Assembly (NCBI GenBank): GCA_963558185.1
Contig: CAUWFE010000002.1
Location: 24,460-88,459, forward strand
Length of the DNA: 64,000 bases
Reading direction: 5' to 3'
DNA from: an uncultured Clostridia bacterium
Lineage (GTDB): Bacteria > Bacillota > Clostridia > TANB77 > CAG-508
Numbering within the stretch: position 1 is the stretch's first letter; each line of letters starts with the position of its first letter. The position numbers and the translations under genes were made by a program. The notes under the pieces were generated by a model. The model made no database searches and had not been told where the DNA came from. It saw nothing but the letters and a program-made list of their open reading frames with translations. Positions 45,871 through 56,120 of the stretch are shown piece after piece.

Positions 45871-46578
45871 ATGAATAAGTTAGAAATGCCAAAACATATA
45901 GCAATTATAATGGATGGAAATCGTAGATGGGCACGAAATAAAGGAATAGACATTAGACTAGGTCATAAAGAAGGTGCTAAAACATTAGAAAATATAGTAA
46001 GATATGCAAATAAAATTGGACTACAATATATAACTGTTTATGCTTTTTCAACAGAAAATTGGAAAAGAACAGAAGAAGAAGTAGGAGCTTTAATGTTATT
46101 ACTTAAAAATTATTTAGACGATTATAGCAAAAGGGCAGATACAGAAAATATTAAAGTAAAAATTATTGGAGATATTGAAGGAATGCCTAAGGGAATGCAA
46201 TCAAGTATGTATCAATGCATGGAAAGAACAAAAAATAATACAGGAGTTACATTTACAATTGCAATTAATTATGGAGGTAGAGACGAATTAGTAAAAGCAG
46301 TAAAGAAAATATCAACAGATGTAAAAGAAGGAAAAATATCTATAGATGACATTAATGAAGAAACAATTTCAAACTCACTTTACACAGCAGGAATTCCAGA
46401 TCCGGATTTACTAATTAGAACAAGTGGAGAATTAAGAACAAGTAATTTTCTACCTTGGCAATTAACATATACAGAATTCTTATTTATTGATAAAAATTGG
46501 CCTGATTTTACAAATCAAGATTTAGATTATGCTATAGAAACATATAATAAAAGAACAAGGAAATTTGGAGGAAAATAG
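45871..46578 (+). CDS. uppS: Isoprenyl transferase (undecaprenyl diphosphate synthase)
   Basis: HIAIIMDGNRRWA, FSTENWKR, RTSGE.R.SNFLPWQ. Confidence 0.9.
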   Translation: MNKLEMPKHIAIIMDGNRRWARNKGIDIRLGHKEGAKTLENIVRYANKIGLQYITVYAFSTENWKRTEEEVGALMLLLKNYLDDYSKRADTENIKVKIIGDIEGMPKGMQSSMYQCMERTKNNTGVTFTIAINYGGRDELVKAVKKISTDVKEGKISIDDINEETISNSLYTAGIPDPDLLIRTSGELRTSNFLPWQLTYTEFLFIDKNWPDFTNQDLDYAIETYNKRTRKFGGK

Positions 46579-46635
46579 AAAATATCCTCCTAATTTCAGT
46601 ATTTCAAAAGATAACGAAAGGAATGGAAAAAATAA

Positions 46636-47436
46636 ATGTTAAAAAGATTTACATCAGCACTTATGTGGTTTCCACTAGTTTTAATAATACTATTAATCAG
46701 AAACAAATATATTGTAGATATTTGTTTAGCAATTATTGCATATCTAGCATTAAATGAGTATTTTAATGCAGTTTCAAATGTATCAAATCCAGTAAGATGG
46801 ATAGGATATTTATGTTGTGCATCAATAGCAATTATTCATCTTGTGCCAATAGAATGGCTACCAATAATAGTAAGTATATCAGTACCAATTTTGCTTCTAT
46901 TATTATTTGCACAAGTAATAGCTACAGATATGAAAACAACATTTAAAGATATTGCATATACTTTTTTTGGAATTTGCTATGTTGTATTTTGCATAATGTT
47001 TATTGCATTTTTAGATGGAACCAAAAATGGAAATATTTTAATTTGGTATGCAATAATAGCAGCTTGGGGAACAGACATATTTGCATTTTTTACAGGAAAA
47101 TTGATAGGAAAGCACAAATTTAGTAAAGTAAGTCCTAAGAAATCAATTGAAGGATGCATAGGAGGAACAATAGGAGCTGTTATTTTAATTTTATTGTATA
47201 CTATGGCAGTTAATTATTTTTGGAACTTGCAATATTCATATGTAGTTATGGCTGTAATAGGAGTAGCATTAAGCTTAATTGGACAAATGGGAGACTTAGC
47301 AGCATCTAGCATAAAAAGATATGTAGATATTAAAGACTATAGTAATTTAATACCAGGGCATGGAGGAATGTTAGATAGAATAGACAGTTTGATTTTTATT
47401 GCACCATTTGCATATGTATTATTTAGACTTTTATAA
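46636..47436 (+). CDS. cdsA: Phosphatidate cytidylyltransferase
   Basis: SSIKRYVDIKDYSNLIPGHGGMLDRIDS signature. Confidence 0.9.
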   Translation: MLKRFTSALMWFPLVLIILLIRNKYIVDICLAIIAYLALNEYFNAVSNVSNPVRWIGYLCCASIAIIHLVPIEWLPIIVSISVPILLLLLFAQVIATDMKTTFKDIAYTFFGICYVVFCIMFIAFLDGTKNGNILIWYAIIAAWGTDIFAFFTGKLIGKHKFSKVSPKKSIEGCIGGTIGAVILILLYTMAVNYFWNLQYSYVVMAVIGVALSLIGQMGDLAASSIKRYVDIKDYSNLIPGHGGMLDRIDSLIFIAPFAYVLFRLL

Positions 47437-47512
47437 AATAACATAAATTGTTAGTTTGTGCATATTACATTGTGAAATGCAAAAAACTAATTATAAGAAA
47501 GGAAGAAAAATA

Positions 47513-48772
47513 TTGATTTCTATTTTAATTTCACTAATAAAAATTGTTTTTTTATTAGGTTTTCTTATTTTTATACATGAGTTAGGACATTTTGCAGTAG
47601 CAAAATTATGTAAAGTAAAAGTAAATGAATTTGCTATAGGCTTTGGACCTACAATTTGGAGAAAACAAGGAAAACAAACTAAATATGCTTTAAGGTTAAT
47701 TCCTTTAGGAGGATTTATTAGCATGGAAGGAGAAGATGAGCATTCTGAAGAAGAAGGCTCTTTTACAAAAGCTAGTATTCCTAAAAGAATGGCAATAGTA
47801 GTAGCAGGTGCTACAGTAAATATATTATTTGCAATTATAGTATATTTTATATTAGCATCAACACAAGGAAACTTTATTTCTACTAAAATAGAGAGTATGG
47901 TGCCAGAATATGCAGCAGTTAATTCGGGGTTACAAGTAAATGATGAAATAGTAGCAGTAGATGGAAAAAATATTCATTTAAGAACAGATATAGATGAAAT
48001 ATTACAAAAAAGTGAAGGAAAAACATTACAAATCACAGTAAAAAGAAATGGAGAAAATGTAACTATTCCAGTTACTCCAACTGCAAAAGAATATAAAAGT
48101 ACAGGAATATATCTGCAAGGTGGAGATTCAGAAACTACAAAAATATTAATGGTAGATAAAGGCTCAACATCAGAAGCACATGGAATTCAAGCAAATGATA
48201 AAATAATAGAAATAAATGATAATGTAGTAACAAATCAAGAGCAAATAATAGAAAAAATTAATCAAACTCAAGGAGATAATTTAAAATTAAAAATTCAAAG
48301 AGGAAATGAAGAAATAATAATAGAATTGCCACTTGATAAAGTAAATGCTTATTATTTAGGTGTACAATTCCAACAAGCAGATAACAGTTTTGGAAATTCA
48401 ATATATTATGGTTTTTGGAATACAATAGATTTTCTATCATCAATTGTTCAAAATGTAGCAAATATGTTTACAGGCAATGTATCAATAAATCAAATGATGG
48501 GACCTGTTGGAATTTCTGAAGTAGTAGCAAAAACAAATGGAATAAAAGAATTTGTATATATGTTAGCTTTAATTTCAATATCTTTAGGAATTACTAATTT
48601 ATTACCAATTCCAGCATTAGATGGAGGTAAATTATTATTACTTATAATAGAAGCAATACGAGGAAAACGATTAAGTGAAAAAATGGAAATGAATATTCAA
48701 TTACTAGGTTTTGCATTTTTAATTACATTATCACTAATTGTAACATATCAAGATATTTTAAGACTAATGTAG
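47513..48772 (+). CDS. rseP: Site-2 (RIP) zinc metalloprotease RseP/RasP
   Basis: HELGHF, a PDZ region, and NLLPIPALDGG. I place the start at TTG 47513 after AAAGGAAG. Confidence 0.85.
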   Translation: MISILISLIKIVFLLGFLIFIHELGHFAVAKLCKVKVNEFAIGFGPTIWRKQGKQTKYALRLIPLGGFISMEGEDEHSEEEGSFTKASIPKRMAIVVAGATVNILFAIIVYFILASTQGNFISTKIESMVPEYAAVNSGLQVNDEIVAVDGKNIHLRTDIDEILQKSEGKTLQITVKRNGENVTIPVTPTAKEYKSTGIYLQGGDSETTKILMVDKGSTSEAHGIQANDKIIEINDNVVTNQEQIIEKINQTQGDNLKLKIQRGNEEIIIELPLDKVNAYYLGVQFQQADNSFGNSIYYGFWNTIDFLSSIVQNVANMFTGNVSINQMMGPVGISEVVAKTNGIKEFVYMLALISISLGITNLLPIPALDGGKLLLLIIEAIRGKRLSEKMEMNIQLLGFAFLITLSLIVTYQDILRLM

Positions 48773-49030
48773 ATGTTACTAGTTAAAGGTTTCTTTAAGT
48801 TAATATAAGGAATGCCTTGGAATATAAGCTTTTTATTGCATTCCTTAGGTTTATTACGAAATTTAAGAAATTCTAACTTATTTTATGGCACCCTTCCACT
48901 AAAGTGAACTCTTTCCAAAAAATTACACAGAATTTCTAAAATTTCTCCATAAACATTCGTTATTCCATTCAAAGCTTATATTCCAAGGCATTCTAATAAA
49001 GAAATAATAAAAACCATTAACTAGTAACAT
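48773..49030. repeat. Palindromic intergenic element (long imperfect inverted repeat) carrying a nested insertion
   Basis: Outer inverted repeat ATGTTACTAGT (48773-48783) / ACTAGTAACAT (49020-49030). Inner arms GAATGCCTTGGAATATAAGCTTT (48810-48832) / AAAGCTTATATTCCAAGGCATTC (48972-48994). A related hairpin lies at 53933-53990. Confidence 0.8.
48844..48960. mobile_element. MITE-like 117-bp insertion in the loop of the palindromic element
   Basis: Flanked by 11-bp direct repeats TTATTGCATTC (48833-48843) and TTATTCCATTC (48961-48971). The uninterrupted copy at 53.9 kb has a single TCATTACATTC loop. The insert ends are imperfect inverted repeats (GTTTAT..GAAATTT.AGAAATTCT). Confidence 0.45.
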
Positions 49031-49112
49031 GTAGATTAAAAAGAAGGCATATTGACTTGCAAGTGCAAAAGTAAATTAACCTTTACAATAAAAATAGGAG
49101 GACAAATTTTAA

Positions 49113-52100
49113 ATGGGATGTTCAACAGATAAAACTTTAAAAGAAATATTTAGAGACTATAATTCGCAAAGTTTTGCTTTAAACAATGCAAAAATAGAAA
49201 ATATGAATTTATATAAAAAAACGAATACACTAGAAATAATTTTAATTTCTGATGTTCATATCCCAATAAAAGAAATTTATGGGCTAGAAAAGTTTTTAGA
49301 AGTTCGTTTTGCAATTAAAAATATAAGTGTAAAGGTAAACCAAAAAGAAAATCAAGAAGAAAAAGAAGAAAACATTTGTGAACAAGCAGGTGCAGGAATA
49401 ATAGAAAATCAAATTTTAAAAGAATGGAAAGATATTGTAGAATATGTATCTCATAAACATCCTATGGTAAAAGCAATATTACATGAAAGTAGCATATCAG
49501 TGGAAGGAAAGGCAGCAAATGTAATACTACAAATGAAAGGAAAAGATTTTCTATTAGCACGAAAATTTGATGAAATTTTATCAAATATATTTGAAGATAT
49601 ATTTGGAAAAAAGTATAAAGTAAGCTATATTGAAGATATTACAGAAGAGAATATCTTAAAATATCAAGAATATAGTAGAAAAATGCAAGAAGAAGTAATA
49701 AAAGAAGCAAGTAAAGAGGCTTTAGAAAGTGCACACAATAAAGAAGAGAAAAGTAAAAATACACAAGAAATAACAGAAAATACAGCACCTAAAAATGCAC
49801 AAAACAATATTCCTAAGGCTCCAATGCCTCCTGAGCCACAACATGTAGAAGAACCAGAAGAGCATAGTCCACTAATATTAGGAAGGAATGCTAATATAAA
49901 AGAGCAACTAGTAAAAGTAGCAGATTTATCTGTAGATAGTGGAAAAATAATGCTAGAAGGAGAAGTAATAAATACAGATTCACGAGAGTTAAAAAGTGGA
50001 AAACATCTATTAATGTTTGATTTATATGATGGTACAAGTACTATTACATGTAAAGCTTTTGCAGAAGCTGAAAAAGCAAAAAATGTAATGAGCAGAATAA
50101 AAAGTGCAAAAGGTTTACGATTATCAGGAACAGCACAATTTGACCCATTTGCAAAAGAATTAGGTGTAATTGCAAATGTTATTGTAGAAACAGAAGGAAA
50201 GAAAAAGCAAGAAAGAGTAGATAACAGTAAAGTAAAAAGAGTAGAATTACATATGCATACACAAATGAGTCAAATGGATGGAGTAACCCCAGCAAAAGAC
50301 TTAATAAAAAGAGCAATGAAATGGGGAATGAAATCTATTGCTATAACTGACCATGGAGTAGTACAGGCTTTTCCAGATGCACATAAAATGTTGGGATTTG
50401 ATAATCCAGATATGAAAATAATATATGGAGTAGAGGCATATCTTGCACCAGATAAAGTAGCTATTGTAAATTCTCCTAAAGGCCAAAAAATACAAGATGC
50501 AACTTATTGTGTATTAGACTTAGAAACAACTGGACTTTCATTTAGAACTGAAAAAATAACTGAAATAGGAATTATGAAAGTAAAAAATGGTGAAGTTATA
50601 GATGAATTTAGCTGCTTTGTTAATCCTGAAAAACCAATTCCACAAAAAGTGGTAGAAGTTACAAACATAACAGATGAAATGGTAAAAGACGCAGAAACAA
50701 TAGATAAAGTTTTACCTAAAGTAATTGATTTTATAGGAGATAGCGTATTAGTAGCACATAATGCAGACTTTGATATAGGATTTTTAAAATTCAACAGTAA
50801 ACTATTAGGTTTATCAATAGAAAATACATATATAGATACCTTAAGACTTGCAAAAGAGCTTTTTCCAGAATTTAAAAAATATAAATTAGGGATGATAGCA
50901 GATAAACTTGGAATTGTTGTAGAAGTTGCTCATAGGGCATTAGATGATGTTGATACAACTGTAAAAGTATTTCGTGAAATGATTAAAATGATGCAAGAAA
51001 AAGGTGTAGAGACAGTTGAAGATATAGATACAAAACTACAAGGAAAAGTAGATTATAAAAAATTACAAACATATCATGCAATAATACTTGCAAAAGATTA
51101 TGTAGGTTTACGAAATTTATACAAATTAGTATCTATATCACATTTAGACTATTTTTATAAAAAGCCACGTATATTAAAATCAATATACAAAAAATATTCA
51201 GAAGGGCTTATATTAGGAAGTGCATGTGAAGCAGGAGAATTGTACAGAGCAATTTTAGAAGGAAAAGATGATGAAGAAGTAGAAGATATAGCCAAAGACT
51301 ATGATTACTTAGAAATTCAACCTATTGGTAATGGAATGCATTTAGTAAGAGAAGGAGTAGTGCCAGATACAAAGGCATTAGAAGATATAAATAAAAAAAT
51401 AGTAGCCTTAGGTGAAAAATTAGGAAAATTAGTTGTAGCTACTTGCGATGTTCATTTTATGGATCCACAAGATGAAATATATAGAAGAATTTTAATGGCT
51501 GGTCAAGGCTTTAGTGATGCAGATGAACAAGCACCATTATATTTAAGAACTACAGAAGAAATGCTACAAGAATTTCAATACTTGGGTGAAGATAAAGCAT
51601 ATGAAGTAGTAGTAACAAATACAAATAAAATTTCAGATATGTGCGAAAGAATTTCTCCAATATCGCCAGAAAAATGTCCGCCATATATTGAAAATTGCGA
51701 GCAAACAATTAAAGATATAGCATATGATAAAGCACATGAATTATATGGAGATCCATTACCAGAAATAGTGCAAAGTAGATTAGACAAAGAACTTACATCA
51801 ATTATAAAAAATGGATTCTCAGTTATGTATATAATTGCACAAAAACTAGTGTGGAAGTCAAATGAAGATGGATATATAGTAGGTTCAAGAGGTTCTGTTG
51901 GTTCATCATTTGTAGCAAATATGACAGGAATTACAGAAGTAAATTCATTACCACCTCATTATAGATGTCCAAATTGTAAATACTCAGATTTTACTGATTA
52001 TGGATATAAAAATGGATTTGATTTACCAGATAAACCTTGTCCAAAATGTGGACATCCACTTGCAAAAGATGGAATGGATATTCCATTTGAAACTTTCTTA

Positions 52101-53561
52101 GGATTTAATGGAGACAAAGAACCAGATATAGACTTAAACTTCTCAGGAGAATATCAAGCAAAAGCACATAAATATACAGAAGTAATTTTTGGAAAAGGAA
52201 CAACATTCAAAGCAGGAACAGTAGGAACAGTAGCAGATAAAACAGCTTTTGGATATGTAAAAAAATATTACGAAGAAAGAGGAATTCCAGTAAACAACGC
52301 CGAAGTATTAAGAGTTTCAGCAGGTTGTACAGGTATAAAAAGAACAACAGGTCAACACCCAGGAGGAATTATAGTTGTACCAAAAGGAAGAGAAATATAT
52401 GAATTTACACCAGTACAACATCCAGCAGACGACCCTAATTCAGATATAGTAACAACACACTTTGATTATCACTCAATAGACCAAAACTTATTAAAATTAG
52501 ATATATTAGGACATGATGATCCAACAATGATACGTATGTTATTTGATTTAACAGGAATAGACCCAACAAAAGTGCCTTTAGATGATAAAGAAACAATGTC
52601 AATTTTTAGTTCTACAAAAGCATTAGGAGTTACAAAAGAACAAATAAGGTCAGAAGTAGGAAGCTATGGTATACCAGAATTTGGTACAAAATTTGTTAGA
52701 GGAATGTTAGTAGATACAAGACCAACAACATTCGAAGAATTACTAAGAATTTCAGGACTATCACATGGTACTGATGTGTGGCTAGGTAATGCACAAACAT
52801 TAATAGAAGAAGGCACAATAAAACTAGATGAGGCAATATGTACAAGAGATGATATTATGATTTATCTAATAAAACAAGGCTTACCACCACAAAAAGCATT
52901 TAAAATAATGGAATGTGTACGTAAAGGAAAAGCAACTAAAGACCCAGAAAAATGGAAAGAATATGAAGCAATAATGAGAGAAAACAATGTACCAGAGTGG
53001 TATATAAGTTCTTGTAAAAAAATTAAATACATGTTCCCTAAAGCCCATGCAGCAGCATATGTAACAAATGCTTTTAGAATAGCATGGTTTAAAGTACATT
53101 ATCCAACTGCATATTATACAGCATATTTCACAATTAGAGCAGATGAATTTGATAGTGATATAATGTGTTATGGAGAAGAAAAGGTAAAAAATAAAATGAA
53201 AGAAATAGAATTACAAGGAAATAGTGCAACAACAAAAGATAAAAATATGTATGCAATATTAGAACTTGTAATGGAAATGTATGAAAGAGGAATTAATTTT
53301 TTACCAATAGATTTATATAAATCACATTCAACAAAATTTATAATAGAAAAAGATGGAATAAGACCACCATTAAATAGTATACCAGGACTTGGAACAGTTG
53401 CAGCAGAAGGAATAGAAGCAGCTAAAAAACAAGGCAAGTTTATGTCAATAGATGACATGAAAATACGTTCTAAAATAGGAAAATCAGTAATAGAATTATT
53501 GGACAAAGTAGGTTGCTTAAAAGGAATGAGTCAAAGTAATCAAATGAGTTTATTTGGTTAA
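49113..53561 (+). CDS. polC: DNA polymerase III alpha subunit, PolC type
   Basis: 1482 aa. PHP domain (HMHTQMSQMDG), 3'-5' exonuclease motifs (LDLETTGL, AHNADFDIGFL, HRALDD), a Zn-finger CPNC...CPKC, and the polymerase core PDIDLNF. Confidence 0.95.
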   Translation: MGCSTDKTLKEIFRDYNSQSFALNNAKIENMNLYKKTNTLEIILISDVHIPIKEIYGLEKFLEVRFAIKNISVKVNQKENQEEKEENICEQAGAGIIENQILKEWKDIVEYVSHKHPMVKAILHESSISVEGKAANVILQMKGKDFLLARKFDEILSNIFEDIFGKKYKVSYIEDITEENILKYQEYSRKMQEEVIKEASKEALESAHNKEEKSKNTQEITENTAPKNAQNNIPKAPMPPEPQHVEEPEEHSPLILGRNANIKEQLVKVADLSVDSGKIMLEGEVINTDSRELKSGKHLLMFDLYDGTSTITCKAFAEAEKAKNVMSRIKSAKGLRLSGTAQFDPFAKELGVIANVIVETEGKKKQERVDNSKVKRVELHMHTQMSQMDGVTPAKDLIKRAMKWGMKSIAITDHGVVQAFPDAHKMLGFDNPDMKIIYGVEAYLAPDKVAIVNSPKGQKIQDATYCVLDLETTGLSFRTEKITEIGIMKVKNGEVIDEFSCFVNPEKPIPQKVVEVTNITDEMVKDAETIDKVLPKVIDFIGDSVLVAHNADFDIGFLKFNSKLLGLSIENTYIDTLRLAKELFPEFKKYKLGMIADKLGIVVEVAHRALDDVDTTVKVFREMIKMMQEKGVETVEDIDTKLQGKVDYKKLQTYHAIILAKDYVGLRNLYKLVSISHLDYFYKKPRILKSIYKKYSEGLILGSACEAGELYRAILEGKDDEEVEDIAKDYDYLEIQPIGNGMHLVREGVVPDTKALEDINKKIVALGEKLGKLVVATCDVHFMDPQDEIYRRILMAGQGFSDADEQAPLYLRTTEEMLQEFQYLGEDKAYEVVVTNTNKISDMCERISPISPEKCPPYIENCEQTIKDIAYDKAHELYGDPLPEIVQSRLDKELTSIIKNGFSVMYIIAQKLVWKSNEDGYIVGSRGSVGSSFVANMTGITEVNSLPPHYRCPNCKYSDFTDYGYKNGFDLPDKPCPKCGHPLAKDGMDIPFETFLGFNGDKEPDIDLNFSGEYQAKAHKYTEVIFGKGTTFKAGTVGTVADKTAFGYVKKYYEERGIPVNNAEVLRVSAGCTGIKRTTGQHPGGIIVVPKGREIYEFTPVQHPADDPNSDIVTTHFDYHSIDQNLLKLDILGHDDPTMIRMLFDLTGIDPTKVPLDDKETMSIFSSTKALGVTKEQIRSEVGSYGIPEFGTKFVRGMLVDTRPTTFEELLRISGLSHGTDVWLGNAQTLIEEGTIKLDEAICTRDDIMIYLIKQGLPPQKAFKIMECVRKGKATKDPEKWKEYEAIMRENNVPEWYISSCKKIKYMFPKAHAAAYVTNAFRIAWFKVHYPTAYYTAYFTIRADEFDSDIMCYGEEKVKNKMKEIELQGNSATTKDKNMYAILELVMEMYERGINFLPIDLYKSHSTKFIIEKDGIRPPLNSIPGLGTVAAEGIEAAKKQGKFMSIDDMKIRSKIGKSVIELLDKVGCLKGMSQSNQMSLFG

Positions 53562-53619
53562 AAAGGTTTATAGGTAAAACCAAAATTAAAAACCTAAATA
53601 TAGTATTTAAGGAAAAAAC

Positions 53620-53919
53620 ATGTTTAAAAATGCAATAGATTTAACACAAATATTTACAATTCAAAATGTGTTAATATATATAATAACAATAAATATTATT
53701 ACTTTTTTAGCTATGTGGATAGATAAAAGAAAAGCACAAAAAGGAAAATGGAGAATTAGTGAAAAAGCACTTTTTACACTAGTATTATTAGGAGGAGGGC
53801 TTGGAGGTATAATTGGAATGTATACCTTCAGGCATAAAACTAAAAAAATGTCATTTGTAGTAGGATTTCCACTTATTTTTATATTAGAAATAATATTAAT
53901 TGCAGTAGTTATTCTATAA
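53620..53919 (+). CDS. DUF1294 membrane protein
   Basis: DKRKAQKGKWRISEKALFTLVLLGGGLGGIIGMYTFRHKTKK pattern. Confidence 0.75.
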   Translation: MFKNAIDLTQIFTIQNVLIYIITINIITFLAMWIDKRKAQKGKWRISEKALFTLVLLGGGLGGIIGMYTFRHKTKKMSFVVGFPLIFILEIILIAVVIL

Positions 53920-53932
53920 TGCTTTAATGCAA

Positions 53933-53990
53933 AGAATGCTTTGGAATATAAGCTTTTCATTACATTCAAAGTTTATATTCCAAGCATTCT
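53933..53990. repeat. Uninterrupted copy of the palindromic element (about 23-bp stem), probably a terminator
   Basis: AGAATGCTTTGGAATATAAGCTTT-TCATTACATTC-AAAGTTTATATTCCAAGCATTCT. The flanks are also similar to the 48.8-kb copy. Confidence 0.8.
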
Positions 53991-54033
53991 AGTAAAAAAT
54001 AATAAAAACATGACTTAGTGAAAGGAATATAAT

Positions 54034-54894
54034 ATGGAAAGTGTAATACAGCAACAAAAAATAGAAGAAAATAATATAGATAAAAAGAAGAAAACATTAA
54101 AAATAACTATATGGAGATTATTTGCTTATTTTATAATATATAGCATTATAGGCTTAATAATAGAAACAGTTTTTGGAATATTTACAAAAGGAGTAATAGA
54201 AAGTAGAAAAAGTTTTGTATATGGTCCATTTTGTGCAATATATGGTCTTGGTGCAAGTTGTATGATAGCAATATTAAAACCATTTGAAAAAAACAATGCA
54301 TCAGTTTTTATTGGGGGAATTTTAGTAGGAACAGTAACAGAATATTTAGTTAGTTTTTTCGGAGAAATAATGTTACATGTAAAATGGTGGGATTACTCAA
54401 ATTTACCACTTAATATAAATGGAAGAGTTTGTTTATTATATTCAGCAATATGGGGCTTTTTAGCCTTACTTTTACTAAAAATAGTAAACCCATATATAGA
54501 TAAAATAATAAATTTCTTTAAAAATAAATTTACACCAAAAGTAGGAAAAATAATAATATCAACATCAATATTATTACTATTACTAGACTGGATAGTTTCA
54601 ACACTAATAGTAGGGGCATTTTTGGTAAGAACAATTCACAACTATGATTTAAAAGTAGAAAATAGAGCAAATATAGAAATAGCATATAATATGATATATA
54701 ATAATAAGGCTATGAAAGAATTTATATATAATCATTATGGAGATGCAAGAATGATTAGAACATTTCCAAACATGAAAGTTGAAGATATAAATGGTAAAAT
54801 GATATATTTTAAAGATTTAATGCCACATATACAACCATATTATGTTAAAATTTTTGACACAGAAATGTTTAAATATTTAGAAGAAGAGGAATAA
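54034..54894 (+). CDS. Polytopic membrane protein (possibly the CmpB-like 'putative ABC transporter type IV' family)
   Basis: Multiple TM helices and a YGPFCAIYG motif. The family assignment is from memory only. Confidence 0.5.
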   Translation: MESVIQQQKIEENNIDKKKKTLKITIWRLFAYFIIYSIIGLIIETVFGIFTKGVIESRKSFVYGPFCAIYGLGASCMIAILKPFEKNNASVFIGGILVGTVTEYLVSFFGEIMLHVKWWDYSNLPLNINGRVCLLYSAIWGFLALLLLKIVNPYIDKIINFFKNKFTPKVGKIIISTSILLLLLDWIVSTLIVGAFLVRTIHNYDLKVENRANIEIAYNMIYNNKAMKEFIYNHYGDARMIRTFPNMKVEDINGKMIYFKDLMPHIQPYYVKIFDTEMFKYLEEEE

Positions 54895-54905
54895 TGGAGG
54901 TAAAA

Positions 54906-55436
54906 ATGAAAGAAGAATTTATACAATTATTAAGAGAAACAAACAGAGAAGGAATGGAAGAATTAATAAAATTTTTAGAGAATAGTGACTTTTTTACAGC
55001 ACCAGCAAGTACTAGATTTCATGGAGCAAAAGAATGTGGGCTTATGGAACATAGTATGAAAGTATATGAAATATTAAAAACAAAAACACCAGATTCACCA
55101 TCTGTTAGAATTATTGCTTTACTACATGATTTATGTAAGGCAAATTATTATAAAATAGATTATCGCAATGCTAAAAATGCTTTAGGAGTATGGGAAAAAG
55201 TACCATATTATACAGTAGATGATACAATTCCATATGGTCATGGAGAAAAATCAGTTATGATGATATCAGAATTTATAAAATTAACTCCAGAAGAACGTTA
55301 TGCTATTCGTTGGCATATGGGATTTACAGAACCAAAAGAATTATATGGAACAATAGGTCAAGCATACAAAAAATATCCAATTGCTTTGTTAGTACATGAA
55401 GCAGACTTAGAAGCATCATATTTCTATGACATATAA
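54906..55436 (+). CDS. HD-domain phosphohydrolase
   Basis: RFHGAKECGLMEHS...LLHDLCK...YGHGEKS...RWHMG (H..HD..H..D pattern). I place the start at ATG 54906 after GGAGG. Confidence 0.65.
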   Translation: MKEEFIQLLRETNREGMEELIKFLENSDFFTAPASTRFHGAKECGLMEHSMKVYEILKTKTPDSPSVRIIALLHDLCKANYYKIDYRNAKNALGVWEKVPYYTVDDTIPYGHGEKSVMMISEFIKLTPEERYAIRWHMGFTEPKELYGTIGQAYKKYPIALLVHEADLEASYFYDI

Positions 55437-55457
55437 TTTTAGCAAGAAAGGAAAAAA

Positions 55458-56120
55458 ATGAAAAAGATTAAAGAGCCTGTTAGTGGAATTTCACATTTGA
55501 TAGGGGCAATAGTAGCAGTTGCTGGATTAGTTATTTTAATTTTAAAAGCAGCAACAAAAGGAACAGAAACTGCATGGGATGTTGTTTCTGTTACAATTTT
55601 TGGAGTAGGATTAATTTTACTTTATACATTTAGTAGTTTATACCATATGTTAAATGTAGGAAAAACAGCAACAAGAGTGTTTAGAAAATTCGACCATTTA
55701 ATGATATATGTATTAATTGCAGCAAGTTATACTCCAATATGTTTAGGACCATTACGTGGACCTTGGGGTTGGAGTATCTTTGGAATTGTTTGGGGTTTAA
55801 CTGTATTAGGAATAATTTTAACATGTGTATGGTTAGAAGCTCCAAGGTGGCTTACAACATCTATATATATAATTATGGGATGGCTAGTGTTAATAATGAT
55901 ATATCCACTTATTACAACATTTGAAAAGTTAGGGGCAACACATATTTTATGGTGGCTAGTAATAGGAGGCATATTCTATACAATAGGAGGAATTATATAT
56001 GGAACTAAAAAATTTCCATTTGTAACAAAACACTTTGGATTTCACGAGATATTTCATATATTTGTTATGTTAGGTAGTTTATGTCAATATATATTTGTAT
56101 TAAAAATGATTTCATATTAA
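55458..56120 (+). CDS. Hemolysin III / PAQR family membrane protein
   Basis: Seven TM helices, SSLYH, DHLMIY and HEIFHIFV motifs. Confidence 0.8.
   Translation: MKKIKEPVSGISHLIGAIVAVAGLVILILKAATKGTETAWDVVSVTIFGVGLILLYTFSSLYHMLNVGKTATRVFRKFDHLMIYVLIAASYTPICLGPLRGPWGWSIFGIVWGLTVLGIILTCVWLEAPRWLTTSIYIIMGWLVLIMIYPLITTFEKLGATHILWWLVIGGIFYTIGGIIYGTKKFPFVTKHFGFHEIFHIFVMLGSLCQYIFVLKMISY

Noticed and set aside
55727-55972. The ORFs at 55727-55972 (minus) and 55739-55924 (plus), inside the hemolysin III gene.
   Set aside because: They overlap a well-supported 7-TM PAQR gene in other frames, and nothing supports them independently.
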